NCBI GenBank assembly: GCA_951406725.2
Contig: OX597820.1
Location: forward strand, 84,196,001-84,260,000
Source of the DNA: Octopus vulgaris
Taxonomy: Eukaryota
DNA length: 64,000 bases
Direction of reading: 5' to 3'
Shown here: positions 1 to 15,627 of the stretch, in pieces
Layout of the letters: the number at the start of each line of letters is the position of its first letter
Numbering within the stretch: position 1 is the stretch's first letter
Notes under the pieces: model-generated
Told to the model about the DNA's origin: nothing
Seen by the model: the letters and a program-made list of their open reading frames with translations, nothing else
The model's database searches: none
Position numbers and translations under genes: made by a program

Positions 1-515
1 GAACAGACAAGCCATCACAAACTAATGGGTGGGGGAAAAGGAATGATAAATGCATTCATGATACAAGATGAAAATGCGAAATGATGACTATTGGAACCTC
101 ACAACACACGCAACATCATTGAACCCAGTACAATCCATTAACATACATGCACAATTATATGCTTAAAAAGTTTGCAAATTGACTTTCTTTTTCTTTATTT
201 TTATATTTCTATCCTTTCATTTTTTCTTTCCTCCTCTCGTTTTCATTCCTTTTGTTTGTTTTTTTTTTAAATCAGTTACTCTACAATAACAAGTTTGTCT
301 AATTCCCTTTGGTCTACTGCTGGAGGAAGCGAATCAATTACCAACTCCTCTCACAAGGGACCAGCGTCTGATACAAATGTCCTTTCCAATTCACGGTGGC
401 TTTTCCTGTCAATGAGCACACATCTCATATTAAGGGAAACAACCCCGCCCGGCATTTTAATCTTTATAATTGACTGTAATTCTTCTATTTTGTACGTTAG
501 TGCTGCTTTCCTTAC

Positions 516-790
516 CTCGTATAAAAATACAAAAGCGGTTTTGGCAGCACCTGCCTTCCACCCTTACTCTCAGTTTCTACTCGCCTACTACTATGGTGTA
601 TACGATGGCGTCCAGGTCTCTGGGGCAGCCTGGTTGACCATTTCCAGTGCGTGCCACAGCTAGTTCCGCGCTGGCACTCTCGTGGCCTGGAGAAATGTCG
701 CCTCTTCCTACAAGCCCAACACTATCACCGCCACTAGCCAAGCAAAATCCACCTCCGGTGATATTCAAGAAACGGGAGAGAAAAAAGTAG
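516..790 (-). other. Candidate internal non-coding/5'UTR exon (275 nt)
   Basis: GC-richer unique block with minus-strand acceptor TTCTAATGCTCTTTACAG| and donor GAG|GTAAGG; all three frames contain stops. Confidence 0.4.
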
Positions 791-1470
791 CTGTAAAGAG
801 CATTAGAAATTTGTATGTGTGTATATATGTGGGTGTTTATTTTCATATATATGTATGTACATAGAGATATATAGAACCACATACACATATGTATTTATTC
901 GAGTGCATAATGACTGCTAAGTGACTAAATGGCTGAATTTTATTGAGCCTTGCACGAAATACTCTTGGCTCTCGAAGCACCTTGTAAATTCCACTGATTT
1001 ACACATGCTCATGTTTATGCTATTCGTAGAAACGTATTTACACTTATATGTAGATATACATACACGCTCGCGCGCGTGAACGCTCACACAGTCGCATACG
1101 CAAACACACTACATATGTGTGTGTGTCTATGTATGCTTTTGTATGCGCGTTTTATTAGTGTATATTTATTAAATAATTAGTGAGACTACAGCGTGTTAAG
1201 CTCTACTGAGTATTGGTGAAGATAATATTCTATTGTATTGCTCTCTCTCGTTGTATAGTGCACAAAAATCATTAATACCGAAAAACGGACAACGGTGCTA
1301 TTTAAACTTCGAATTTACTAGAACATAATTAATACTAATGTCATTATACTCAACCAAACATCTTCGAAACCCTGCTCTAAGTACCAGTCCTGGAAATGCT
1401 ATTATCACTGTACCTTACACATATTAGTGTAGATTACCAACGATTAGCGATATCTTGGACTACTTATATC

Positions 1471-1538
<68 letters not shown>

Positions 1539-2288
1539 TTGCATACATCATTATGAAGACTCAAAAAGATCACCAGTGTGGAATCACCATTTCAAATTTG
1601 GGTCTTTTTTTCACTTCCAATATTATTACTATTAAAGATGTTAATGGAATTGGCAAAAACGGATGTGTGTCAGTGTTCACTGACAAATGCCGGACTAAAA
1701 TTCTATAGTCATTTTATTTTGTGTTCGTTTGTTTATTAACGTTCATAATTACATGAGAATCGTTAAATAAGTAACAATAATCAAGTAGCGAAAATTCCTC
1801 GATCTCGCTCCCACTAGACTAGTTTTTATTCTGTGGAAAATTTAGAAATCAGTTTTGTAGCTTTCCAGTCGGTGAATTGGTAGAGATATCGATGTACAGT
1901 TTACAATGCCTTCTGGCAATTTGTACGAATATCAGTAAGATGAACTTTTGTTTTCATCTTCACGCAAAAGTTAAATATAGTACCGATCAAGAACTAAGTG
2001 CACGATTCCTTTGTGTTTCCGATAAAGTAGAGTTTTGTGAAAAGAGCCAACTACACACTATTCCGCGAAGTTTACATGACAGTTTGAAGTGCTTATCACA
2101 TACGTCATCAGGGATCGTCCTTTGATCATCTTAGCAAAACGAAGAAATTGCGATTTATATTATTCTGACCAGTAGAACCTATAAGTAAATCGTTCTAAAT
2201 TCAGCTACCTTACCAACAAGTACTAATTTTGTACTGACGTTGCTTTAAATGATCGTAACAAATCCCTAATTTTGTAGGCTTGAATACA

Positions 2289-2724
2289 CATGCATACATA
2301 CATACATACATACATGCATACATGCATACATGCATACGTGCATACGTACATACGTACATACGTACATACGTACATACGTACATACGTACATACGTACATA
2401 CGTACATACATACATACATACATACATACATACATACATACATACATACATACATACATACATACATACATACATACATACATACATACATACATACATA
2501 CATACATACATACATACATACATACATACATACATACATACATACATACATACATACATACATACATACATACATACATACATACATACATACATACATA
2601 CATACATACATACATACATACATACATACATACATACATACATACATACATACATACATACATACATACATACATACATACATACATACATACATACATA
2701 CATACATACATACATACATACATA
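2289..2724. repeat. (CATA)n tetranucleotide microsatellite with CATG/CGTA variants at the left end
   Basis: Directly visible ~435-bp array. Confidence 0.98.
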
Positions 2725-2924
2725 AAGGGACTGGATTTAAGAAACAAAACAAACATGTATTTTGATCTGTTTCTGGAAAACAAATAGGTCGTGTTTTCTT
2801 AAATTTCTTTTCCATCGTCTCTCAAGCATCATGAATAAATCAACAGATTTGACGAATAAAATTTGGTGTCAATCGCGGCATTTTTCGGCTCCGACGCTAA
2901 ACGCAAGTTAGCGAAATATATTGG

Positions 2925-3125
2925 TTTTCAGATTTTGGCACAAGGCCAGTAATTTCTGGGGAATATGTGAGTCGATTAAATCAGCCGCTCTATCACTCAT
3001 TCTAAAGACCATAAAATATTGAAAGCACGGTCATCCTCGCCGGCATTTGAACGTTGAACATGAAGATAAATAATTTGCCGCTATGCTCTTTGCCCGGTGC
3101 GTTACCGATGCTGCCAGATCACTGG
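2925..3125 (-). mobile_element. Degenerate tRNA-derived SINE (family of 13324-14040)
   Basis: TTTTGGCACAAGGCCAG...GTCGATTA...TCGCCGGCATTTGAAC...GCCCGGTGCGTTACCGATGCTGCCAG, reverse complement of the SINE head/core. Confidence 0.6.
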
Positions 3126-3463
3126 TTAAAGCTCGTAAAATGTCTTATAGAGAATAATATAAAAGTAACATTATGTTAGTCTTTTTTTCTTTCCTTTTTT
3201 GTTTTAGCAAAATCGATTCGGGGCACTGAATAAAGAGATTCGCCCTCCGAGCAAAATACGCAGACGATAATATCATCAAACACTTTAATACACATATGGA
3301 AATATATATATTTTATGCAAAAACCGCAGAAATGTGGGTGCCTCTGTTTATCACACACACACACACAGACGCATACGCACACAAATGCACACGCACATAC
3401 ATACATATGTATGTATGTAACTATAAATATATTAATATATAAACGTTTATATATATGTTTCTA

Positions 3464-4658
3464 TAGAGGGTGTCCTGAAATGAAGTCAACCGAAGATTCG
3501 AGCTTTAAGAGCTATAAATAAATGTGATAAGATATGACATTTATATATCTTTACAAAAGCTTAGTGTGTCTTCTTTTTGTTTCAGGCTAAATAAAGTCAG
3601 ATCTATGAAATTAGGCAATGGCTATTGACCGAAATACAATCTTAACTCTCCAAAAAGGAGGCGAAAGTAATACAGCTATAGCAAAAGAAAAAAAAAACAA
3701 AAGAAAAATCTTAGAATTAACCGGTCGACAGTTTGGAAAATTGTCAAGAAATTTCAAGAGATTCTTTCCACAGCTGATCGATCTGGACGTACATGAAAAA
3801 GAAGGGTGGGGACTCTCCAGTTTACCAAAAGTACTAGAAAATAAAACTATGGCAAAATCCTCCTCGTTCCGTCAGAAAACTGCTGTCGAAGTAAAAGTAT
3901 GCAAACCATCCCTACAAGTTGATCTGTCGTCATGAGCTCATGCAAGTTTATAAGGCCAGTGGACTGGAGAGAATTCATCTTATCCCGCATCAGATTGCCG
4001 AAGGCAGGCTGATGAAAAGAAATATGACATCTAACGAGCAGTCAGCAACCAGAGTGAGCGACTGTGGAGTCTATATCACCCTGTCAAGAGTAGACTCCTA
4101 AATCACAGTTATGGCTCGGGCAGTTGTGGTAGTCACTGGAATGTCTCCTCTCATTTGTATGACCTCGGATGTTAAAATTAACATCCAACGATATATTAGC
4201 GAAATTCTGGGAGCTGAATTACTAACATGAGCGAATAAGCACTTTGAAGGTGCAACTTGGAGCCGCCAACAGGACTCGGCATCATCCTACAGCCCGAAAA
4301 AAAAAACGTATTACAATCCCACGTTCATAGGCAAGGATATATGGCCCTCAAGAAGCCCCGATATCCATTTTGGAGACGAAGTTCTTGAGTATTCCTCATG
4401 CTTCACTCAACGCTCCAAATGCAAAATTACACCAGGAATGGTTTTCGACTCCGCAAGAACAGCTGAAGAAGTCGCGTGTGAAGAAGTCGCACCTAGACTA
4501 AAGGCAGAGATTCGAATCATAAGTGGACATATCGAATAAAGGTGGTAGTGTGACAAATTGTTTACTTTATACCATTGCACTGACTCGAAAGATAACGCCA
4601 TATTGCTTTCGTCAAATTGAAAAAGGTGGGGGTTGCTTTAATTTTGGGGCACATTCTG
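3464..4658 (+). mobile_element. Decayed Tc1/mariner-superfamily transposon (maT/DD37D-like)
   Basis: Imperfect TIRs (TAGAGGGTGTCCTGAAATGAAGTCAACC vs revcomp CAGAATGTGCCCCAAAATTAAAGCAACC) flanked by TA; frameshifted transposase MAIDRNTILTLQKGGESNTAIAK..., KINIQRYISEIL, QQDSA, IWPSRSPDI. Confidence 0.85.
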
Positions 4659-4734
4659 TATGTGTGTATATTAACACACACACACGCACGCACACATACG
4701 CACATACTTATGCATATGATATATATATATATAA

Positions 4735-4817
4735 TGATGATGATGATGATGATGACAACGACGATGACGATGCTAATAATAATAATAATAGCAATAATGA
4801 TTATTATAATTATTATA

Positions 4818-4853
<36 letters not shown>
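4735..4853. repeat. Compound trinucleotide repeat (GAT/GAC/AAT/ATT)
   Basis: Visible; abuts the 3' end of an R4/Dong element. Confidence 0.95.
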
Positions 4854-5336
4854 TTGACGTTTAATTTGTATTTGTACAAGTTGGCCTCAAGTTTTACCCG
4901 AGACCTCAAGAGACAACAGGTTAGAAGTTCATGTTGGTGTTATGCCTAGTGTGCCATATATTTGGTTTTGTATATAGTGTAATTCTAGTGAAGTGTAAGA
5001 AACTATAAGAAAATTGTGCTTGTTTTAAAAATTGAGATGACATAGACAGTAATTTACGTAGGATATGGGCAATTCCCATGGGCGCTATCTTTTGTATTTC
5101 TGCCATTTTGGGTTACCCTGGTATCTGAGCTAGTTAGCAATCACCCACTATTGCTATCATTCCTAGGGCACCTATGACAACAAGTATTGTTTTAGTATTC
5201 AGGTTCCACATTTTGCTAATTTCTATTTCAAGATCTTTATACTTGCTCAGTTTTTGGTAAGTCTAGACAAACACGTTTATATCGATAGGGACAGTCATAT
5301 CAATGAGAAGGCATGATTTTTGCGTGAAGTCTTTCA
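4854..5336 (-). mobile_element. 5'-truncated R4/Dong-like non-LTR retrotransposon (RLE endonuclease C-terminus + 3'UTR)
   Basis: Minus translation LLIDMTVPIDINV..KLSKYKDLEIEISKMWNL..VVIGALG..AEIQKIAPMGIAHILRKLLS; 3' end runs into (TAA)n. Confidence 0.88.
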
Positions 5337-5337
5337 A

Positions 5338-5407
<70 letters not shown>

Positions 5408-5538
5408 ATTATTATTAATAATAATAATAGTAATATTAATATTATTACTATTATTATTATGATTATTATTATTATTATTGTTGTTGTTGTTGTTGTTGCT
5501 GTTATTATCGTCGTCATCGTCGTTGTTGTTGTTGTTAT
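5337..5538. repeat. Compound (ATT)n/(AAT)n/(GTT)n/(GTC)n repeat
   Basis: Visible. Confidence 0.97.
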
Positions 5539-5539
5539 T

Positions 5540-6521
<982 letters not shown>

Positions 6522-7553
6522 TGTTTGACTTTTGCTTTGTATTCGTACAAATTAACCTCAAATCTCACCCAGAGACCTCAAGGGAAAACAAGTTATAAGT
6601 TATAAGTTGGTGTTATGCCTAAGCTGTCATATATTTGGTTTTGCACAAAGTATTGTTCTGGAGAATGTTTAAGAAAACAAGAAAATTATGTCTGTTTTAA
6701 AATTCGAGATGACTTAGACAGTATTTTACGTAGGATATGGGCAGTTCCCATGAGCATTTTCTGTTGAATTTCTACAACATTGGGGTTTCCTGGTGTCTAC
6801 GCTAGGTAGCAATCTGCACATTTAGCTCTGATTCCTCGGGCACCTATGGCAACAGGTTCCCCATTTTGGCAATTTCTATTTCAAGATCTTTATACTTGCT
6901 CAGTTTTCCGTACGTCTTGACAGATACATTTATATCGATTGCGACAGTCATATCAATGAAGGTGTATGATTTTTGTCTGTAGTCTTTCAATATAATGTCA
7001 GGCCTATTCGCATCTATCTTTCTGTGAGTTTGCATGGTGAAGTTCCAGAGGAGTCAGATGTGATCACATGCAAGCACTGGAGATGGTTTGAGTTACCACC
7101 TGTTTTTATCATGGGGCAAGTCCAGGTTTTCGCAAATTACCAAGTGAATATATTGTGCAGCTCTATCATAAATGTTGAGATACTCCGTAGGCGCAAGAAA
7201 TCTGCACTTGGAGACAACTTGGAGACAACGTTTTCATTTTATTTTCGTTCTTTAATATGTTGGGTATTTGCCATTGAGAAGTTTTACTTGCCATTTATCT
7301 GTAAGAATATCGAAGGCAGCAGATTTTGTACAGGCTTTCATACACTTAGCCATTACTGTGCTTGTTTCCAGTACGTCTTTTTCTTAGATGTTTTGTGTTG
7401 GGTATTCACTTGCCTGTTTTATTACTGCGTATAACATTTTCTTGTTTTCGTGCTTGAAGACAAGTCTTGACATCCAGTTACATAGATTTTTCAGGTGCGT
7501 ATTTAGGCCAAATCTTCATTGTAAGTGTTTAAGCCAATAGTGGCAATGTCTAT
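6522..7553 (-). mobile_element. 5'-truncated R4/Dong-like element, same family as 4854-5336
   Basis: IDANRPDIILKDYRQKSYTFIDMTVAIDINVSVKTYGKLSKYKDLEIEIAKM; 3'UTR aligns with 4854-5050. Confidence 0.9.
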
Positions 7554-7575
7554 TGTTTATCATTATTATTATTAT

Positions 7576-7653
<78 letters not shown>

Positions 7654-7676
7654 CATTAATAATAATAATAATAATA
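7554..7676. repeat. (ATT)n/(AAT)n repeat
   Basis: Visible. Confidence 0.97.
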
Positions 7677-8279
7677 TTTTACCTGTAACAGTTTATCTTG
7701 AATATTGGAACAGAGATTACATGACAATTCGTATAATGTCAATAATCTTAATGAGACAATGATTACATCACTTGTATAAAAAAATGTAAGAATTAAAAAT
7801 AGAGAAAAAAAATGAAATTAGATTCCAAATTACCTGGAGCATAAAAGTTGCATGAACCCACTCAAGCGACTAATATGTTTGTATTCTTTGTTCAACCAAT
7901 ACCCTTAACAAGTCTAAAGTACTTAGAATGAAATTCTTGCATTATATTTGAAACATCTTATGCTTCGAATATTATTATTTATCATTAACTTTGTATTTTA
8001 TTTTGAACCGTACTCTGTACCGTAACCAAGTATGTTCGTCTCATTTAGATATTATTTAAATCTTTAATCATTATTTAAGCGTTATGTCACATTATGTCAT
8101 CGTCCACCGGGTTACATGTTCTCATTATGTTCGTTTACAAAGTCTATATTCAATAACTAGTAAAATATTTGATAACTCAGCTTATAACTTCCTAAACATC
8201 TATCATTTACGAACGTTCTCTTTATATATCTATATATTTTTAATATATGTAACTATATCTATATATACATATATATATA

Positions 8280-8568
8280 TTAAAAATGGGAAAGAATTTA
8301 TGTTTCCCGTACATAAAGGGTTTAACTTCATGGCGTATCGTCAGATCCTTAAAACATGATCCCAATGACCTCTTAAAACTATGGAGAAGAAAATGCCTCA
8401 CTACTGAAAGGAAACAATTAGTGATTAATTCCGTTTGCGAATAGCTATTGGCTTTTGGCTGTGTTACGATCTTGCGAGCTCCAGAAGGCTGGCAGGAGCC
8501 TCCTGAAATGTAAGCATGACCCCAAAATCTCCGTTCTGGAGTTAAAGGTGCTCCCTATTATTTATAGA
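8280..8568 (-). mobile_element. Short interspersed repeat, possibly a non-autonomous Helitron/Helentron (partial second copy ~31303-31425)
   Basis: CATAAA(A/G)GGTTTA(A/G)CTT(C/T)ATGGCGTATCGTCA...ATGACCTCTTAAAA shared with 31.3-31.4 kb; minus-strand 5' TCTATAAATAATAGG. Confidence 0.45.
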
Positions 8569-8586
8569 AACATATTTATATATATA

Positions 8587-8960
8587 CTAGCAGTATCGCC
8601 CGGCGTTGCTCGGATTTCTAAGGGAAATAACTATATAAGCATAGAGAGTTATAGCCAAAAAATAACAAAAAAATGCATTAAAAATGGAAAAAAAAGATGG
8701 TAATTTTTTTTAAATCGTTGACTCATCGTAGACATTTTAGAGAGTTACTTCCCTTATATAATAGCGAAAAAATGCATTAAAATGGAAAAATATTATAGTA
8801 ATGTTTTTTTTTTAATCGTAGACTCATCGTAGACGCGCGCTAATACACAGAAGGGCTCGATATGAATCACGACTATAAGATACCCGGTTTTGGTTAAACT
8901 GCACCGCAAAATGTGGGAGTAGTTAGGAATCTAAATCGTAGGTGACAGACACACAACCTT

Positions 8961-8970
<10 letters not shown>
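8587..8970 (-). mobile_element. Non-autonomous Helitron
   Basis: Minus 3' end CCGAGCAACGCCGGGCGATACTGCTAG|T (GC hairpin + CTAG); 5' end merges into (TA)n; internal direct duplication (GACTCATCGTAGAC, AAAATGCATTAAAA). Confidence 0.75.
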
Positions 8971-9014
<44 letters not shown>

Positions 9015-9039
9015 AATCTAATTTAATATAATATATATA

Positions 9040-9310
9040 TATATATGTGTGTTTGTGTGTGTGTGTTTGTGTTTGTGTGTGTGCGTGTGTGTGTGTTTCT
9101 GTGTCTGTGTTTGTCCCCACAACATCGCTTGACAACCGATGCTGGTGTGTTTACGTCTCCATCACTTGGTAATTCAGCAAGATAGACCGATAGAATATGT
9201 ACTACTAGTCTTACAAAGAATAAGACCTGGGGTCGATTTGCTCGAGGAAATGTGGTGCTCCAGCATGGCCTCATTCAAATGAATGAAACAAGTAAAAGAG
9301 TAAAAGAATA
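9040..9310 (+). mobile_element. 3' half of octopus OR-type (CORE-like) SINE
   Basis: (GT)n-TTGTCCCC...CATCGCTTGACAACCGATGCTGGTGTGTTTACGTC...GGTGCTCCAGCATGGCC...GAAACAAGTAAAAGA; matches 57648-58050. Confidence 0.8.
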
Positions 9311-9943
9311 TATATATCTATATAAGTAAATGCATGCATATGACTACACGTGTTTCTCGTGGAGTGTGAGCGTAAATATGAGCGTATCTTCGGTATGAAA
9401 TGTGTCAAAAATTGTATGGCGACAGCATTGTGACTTTCAGCTGCCTTAAGGTTTGCTCCTCTTATCTTACTTGACTTGCAAGTTATATGCTTAGCTCTCA
9501 TTGTTTAAATGACAATTCATTGCTGCAGCGTGTTTGTGAGTCTTGTACGTTCTCATAGTCAGTATTGGCTACAATCTAATTAAGATAAGTGTTTTGAAAT
9601 TAATCTAGTCGTTTGATCTCCCTTCTTCTCGGATGAAAGCATGAAAGCATGAATGCCACTCCTAATTTCTCTATTAATTCGATGGCTGTTTTCAAAATAC
9701 CACTTATACAACAAAGTTGTTCAGATTCGTTACGTTCGATGTATCTCACCTGTTTGATACATACTTAAAATTTTACATGAAGATGGACCTTATGATATGA
9801 CATAATCTATTTAGAAATCAATAAAATTCTCTGGAGAGACCTAACATATTTTTAAAAAATTTAAAACCCATTTTGTGTCCTCTTTATAGACACACACACA
9901 TATAAACATACATACACACACACACACACAAATATACACACAC

Positions 9944-10000
<57 letters not shown>

Positions 10001-10066
10001 TATATACATATTTATATAAATATATATACGTACATATATGCATTTATATTTACTCATATATATATA

Positions 10067-11360
<1,294 letters not shown>

Positions 11361-12195
11361 TGTGTGTTTGTGTGTTGTAGTCTCTGTCATACGTGAGCGT
11401 TGACGCTGAATTCAACTGGTAAGCAGGTAACTTTGTCTTTGTTGAAATAGTTGTGAGCTGCTGGAGTTATTTCTCTGACAGGTAATAGGAATTTCCATAT
11501 CCTCCGAGGAAACGAACTGTTGACCCAGACAATTAGAATTAATTTTAATAAAAGCATCAATTTAAGACAAAATAATAATGTAGTAAAAAATGAAAATTTA
11601 GCACGAAAATTTGCAGGGTTCTAAATAAATGTTAAAATGTAATAGATACGAAAAACCTACGTTATCACCAGAACACGAACGCTCGTTGGTGTGTTCTGTT
11701 TGTATTTGCTCGATCGGCGCGTTGACAGGCAGACAATAGAATGCGATGGCGAGATTCCTAATATTTGTTGTCATGATTGAGTGTTGGTGGTGGCGATGGT
11801 AATTCTCTCTATGAATGCAGACAGATACATAAAAGAAGGCCGTTTGAGGAAGTGAAAGTGATGGGAATGTAGGAAATAGAGTGAGTGAAAAAGAGCTGGG
11901 AAGAGAGGAAATAGCGAGAGTGACTTGAGGAAGACAGATACAGTAAAGAACGATGGTAGAATTGTCAAAATGGGTTTGTGGCCCTAGCAACGAAACATTT
12001 TAAGATAGGGATTTCTAAGGTAGCCCACGGGCATCGTCACCTCATTTTACATGTCCCTGTAAATTTTGGAGTCAATCGGACGGGATGTAGTGGCCTTGAA
12101 AGCGATCCAAGCGGTGGAAACGCATTTCAGTTTTATATATAGAGATTTTTATAGATACATATATATGTATATATATATACACATTTATATATGTA

Positions 12196-12267
<72 letters not shown>

Positions 12268-12836
12268 TGTGTGTGTGTGTGTGTGCAGGTATATCCAGTT
12301 ATGTGTATACACAGATGCACACAAATGTAGGTGAACCAATAAACAAACAGCATAAATTCTACGACACCGCAAAATGTGTAACAATGACCGAATGGCAATT
12401 GAGGCAACCCACAAATGACAAAGGTAGACAATATAAAGATCCAAAATTTTTTGGAAGGTGATTTTCTATTAATAAAAAAAAGCCCACCTGTCTTATTAGT
12501 ATGACGATCTCATACTCTACATCGAGTACGCAACAAATATAATCACGTAAAAATAGATTAGGACAGATGACTGGATAATTTGTTTAAATTAAACGAAAGT
12601 GAGCTAACTGAAACAATTCAGAATGGCCCGTATATGAATAACATTCATAAATACAAGAATATCAAATAACATACAGCATGATTTCTTCATACACGCATAT
12701 GCGCGCACGCACACATACGCATAGGCAGACCTACAAGCACACACAGACATATACGTAAATATACAGACACTTTTCTCCCTTGTTCTCTCCCTCTATTTTG
12801 GCACTTGTTCTCAGTTTCTCTCTCTCTTTATGTGTG

Positions 12837-12900
<64 letters not shown>

Positions 12901-12913
12901 TGTAAGTGTGCGT

Positions 12914-12971
<58 letters not shown>

Positions 12972-13323
12972 TCATCTTATATAGTAAGATAGTTATGCGT
13001 ACAAGGCTAGATAGATCGATAAATAGATGTAAAACATCCCACAGAGTTCATAGTTTGATCAGCCTAGTAATGTACATTAAACCGGACACACATCTTGTAC
13101 AAAACGCAAACAGCAGCCAAGAAAATATCAAAACTCGCGTTGCACTAACATTCAAACAGCAAGCAACATTTAAATATAGACACAACTAAGAACTAGCCTA
13201 AACACAGGCATAGATGTGTGCAAAGACGTTATAACAGTGTGAATCCTTAAGCATCTGACTCCTAATATAGTCCCAGACCGGAAAAATTCTTGTGCATGGA
13301 TTTGTCAGATGGAAACTGAAAAA

Positions 13324-14040
13324 GGCGGTGAGCTGGCAGAAACGTTAGCACGCCGGGGAAAATGCTTAGTTGTATTTCGTCTACCGTTACGTTCTGAGTT
13401 CAAATTCCGCCATGGTCGACTTTGCCTTTCACCCTTTCGGGCTCGGTTAAATAAGTACTAGTTACGCACTGGGGTCGATATAATCGACTTAATCCGTTTG
13501 TATGTCCTTGTTTGCCCTCTCTTTGTTTAGCCCCTTGTGGGTAGTAAAGAGATTTAAATAGGTATTTCGTCTGCTGTTACGTTCTAAGTTCAAATTCCGC
13601 CGAGGTCGACTTTGCCTTTCATCCATTCGGGGTCGATAAATTAAGTACCTGTTACGCAGTGGGGTCGATGTAATGAACTCAATCCATTGGCCTGTCCTTG
13701 TTTGTCCTTTCTGTGGTTAGCCCCTTGTGGGTAGTCGGGGTCGATAAATTAAATACCAGTTACGCACTGGGTCGATATAATCGCCTTAATCCATCTGTCT
13801 GTCCTTGTTTGTCTCCTCGTTGTTTAGCCCCTTGTGGGTAGTAAAGAAATAAAAATAGGTATTTCGTCTGCAGTTACGTTCTGAGTTCAAATTCCGCCGA
13901 GGTCGACTTTGCTTTTCATCCTTTCGGGGAGATAAATTAAGTATGATTTACGCACTGGGGGCGAGGTAATCGACTTAATTCATTTGTCTGCTCTTGTGTG
14001 TCCCCTCTATGTTTAGCCCCTTGTGGGCAATAAAGGAATA
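13324..14040 (+). mobile_element. Multimeric tRNA-derived SINE (Meta-like core) with a 13-14-bp TSD, inserted in an older OR-type SINE
   Basis: Head GGCGGTGAGCTGGCAGAAACGTTAGCAC, B-box GAGTTCAAATTCC, core GCCTTTCATCC.TTCGGGGTCGATAAATTAAGTACC repeated; GGAAACTGAAAAAG at 13311-13324 and 14041-14054. Confidence 0.9.
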
Positions 14041-14199
14041 GGAAACTGAAAAAGACTGTCGTGGTATATACATATTTTATTTAATTTAGTGATTTTTAGA
14101 ATCATATTTATTATAATATATTTAATTTTTTTGTATATGATTTAATATATATATATATCTTTCATTATCAATTGAATTATTTAATAGAGGTTGTTTCTC

Positions 14200-14268
<69 letters not shown>

Positions 14269-14929
14269 TACATATATATATATGTGTGTGTGTGCGTGTA
14301 TGTGTGCATGTTTATATATGTATGTGTATATGTTTGTGTGTGAGTGTGTGCCTTTGTGTTAGTGTTTACCCAAGCATTTGAAAATCGCGTCCCAACATGA
14401 CTACTCTACAATGCCTGAAACAAACAAATGATAACAGATACAACAAATGTTCATATTCGTAAATCAATCCTACACGCACAACACCATCACGTAAAGCATT
14501 AAAAACTGTGATAAAACTCTTGAAAATATTAGAATGAATATAGTATTACTACACGGGTACACCATCTTTTTTTTTGGTGAAGTTACACTCCGTATCTTAC
14601 GGAGCTCAGTACTGAATGGTGCTTGTTCTATGAACACCAGGATAAGTGGAATGAGAAATTGTTACGGCGTGATTTGAACTCATAATTTCATAGCTTGTAT
14701 ATAATATCCACATGGCGTTTTGCTCGATGCTATATCGATTCTGGCAATCCACCATAATGATAGATTTACTGCTGCTAGTATTATTGATGTTACACTTAAT
14801 GCTCATCATATATAGCGGTTTTTCTTTTTTTGTCATTCCAGTTTGCTGCAGCCGACATAGGAAGCATCCAGCATTGCAGATACTGTGGATCTCGTGTTTA
14901 ATCAGTTAGGAATAAGAACCATTCACCTT

Positions 14930-15030
14930 GCACTCCTTACGAATGTGTGGAAGTAAATATAAAGGAAAGCGGACGTACGTTGCAAAGGAATATGGCAGAA
15001 AGGGATTGAAATCTTTGAAGAACATTACTA
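14930..15030 (+). mobile_element. Small R4/Dong-like fragment
   Basis: RTYVAKEYGRKGLKSL resembles the RLYxxRxxGGRGL motif downstream of RT. Confidence 0.5.
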
Positions 15031-15510
15031 GTATCGAACAGAGAAATATGAACGGCAATCAGAATAAAATATATACCAACACACAAAGAAACCTACACAC
15101 ACACATACACACACAAAGAACATGTTCTATGAAAATTCTGCTGGTATAAAATAAATGACCATCCCATTCGTAATTATTACGATGAGAGGAAAGAGAATAA
15201 TCACGATGAAAACGCTACCACCGACACCAACACCAACACCAATAACAACAGTTTTATTGCAAATAGAAAGAGCATCAATTACAGCAAACAAAACATAAAA
15301 CAATATGACGACGAAAAAAATAATTTAAATTGTGATACAAATATAGTTATATCTTTTACATTATCAACACCATTAACAATAATAAATATCACAGTAAAAG
15401 GCAGAAAAGTGTTTACATAAAAAAAAAGAAAAACAAAAAAAAACAGCAAAAAAACCCAGCAAAATACAATCTGTTGCTAAGTCTGCTATACAGTTATTAC
15501 CCTTTATTTT

Positions 15511-15541
15511 ACTACTACAACTACTGTAACTACAGCTAAAT

Positions 15542-15595
<54 letters not shown>

Positions 15596-15627
15596 ATACA
15601 ACTACTACTACTACTGCCGCTACTACT
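15511..15627. repeat. (ACT)n microsatellite
   Basis: Visible. Confidence 0.95.

Noticed and set aside
2210-2815. Long MYVC/IHTY ORFs and similar IYIY, CVCV, THTH, ERER ORFs across the window
   Set aside because: Translations of stop-free microsatellites
13324-13410. tRNA-like heads here and at 58297 and 19700-19752
   Set aside because: SINE heads continuing into SINE bodies; no proper cloverleaf
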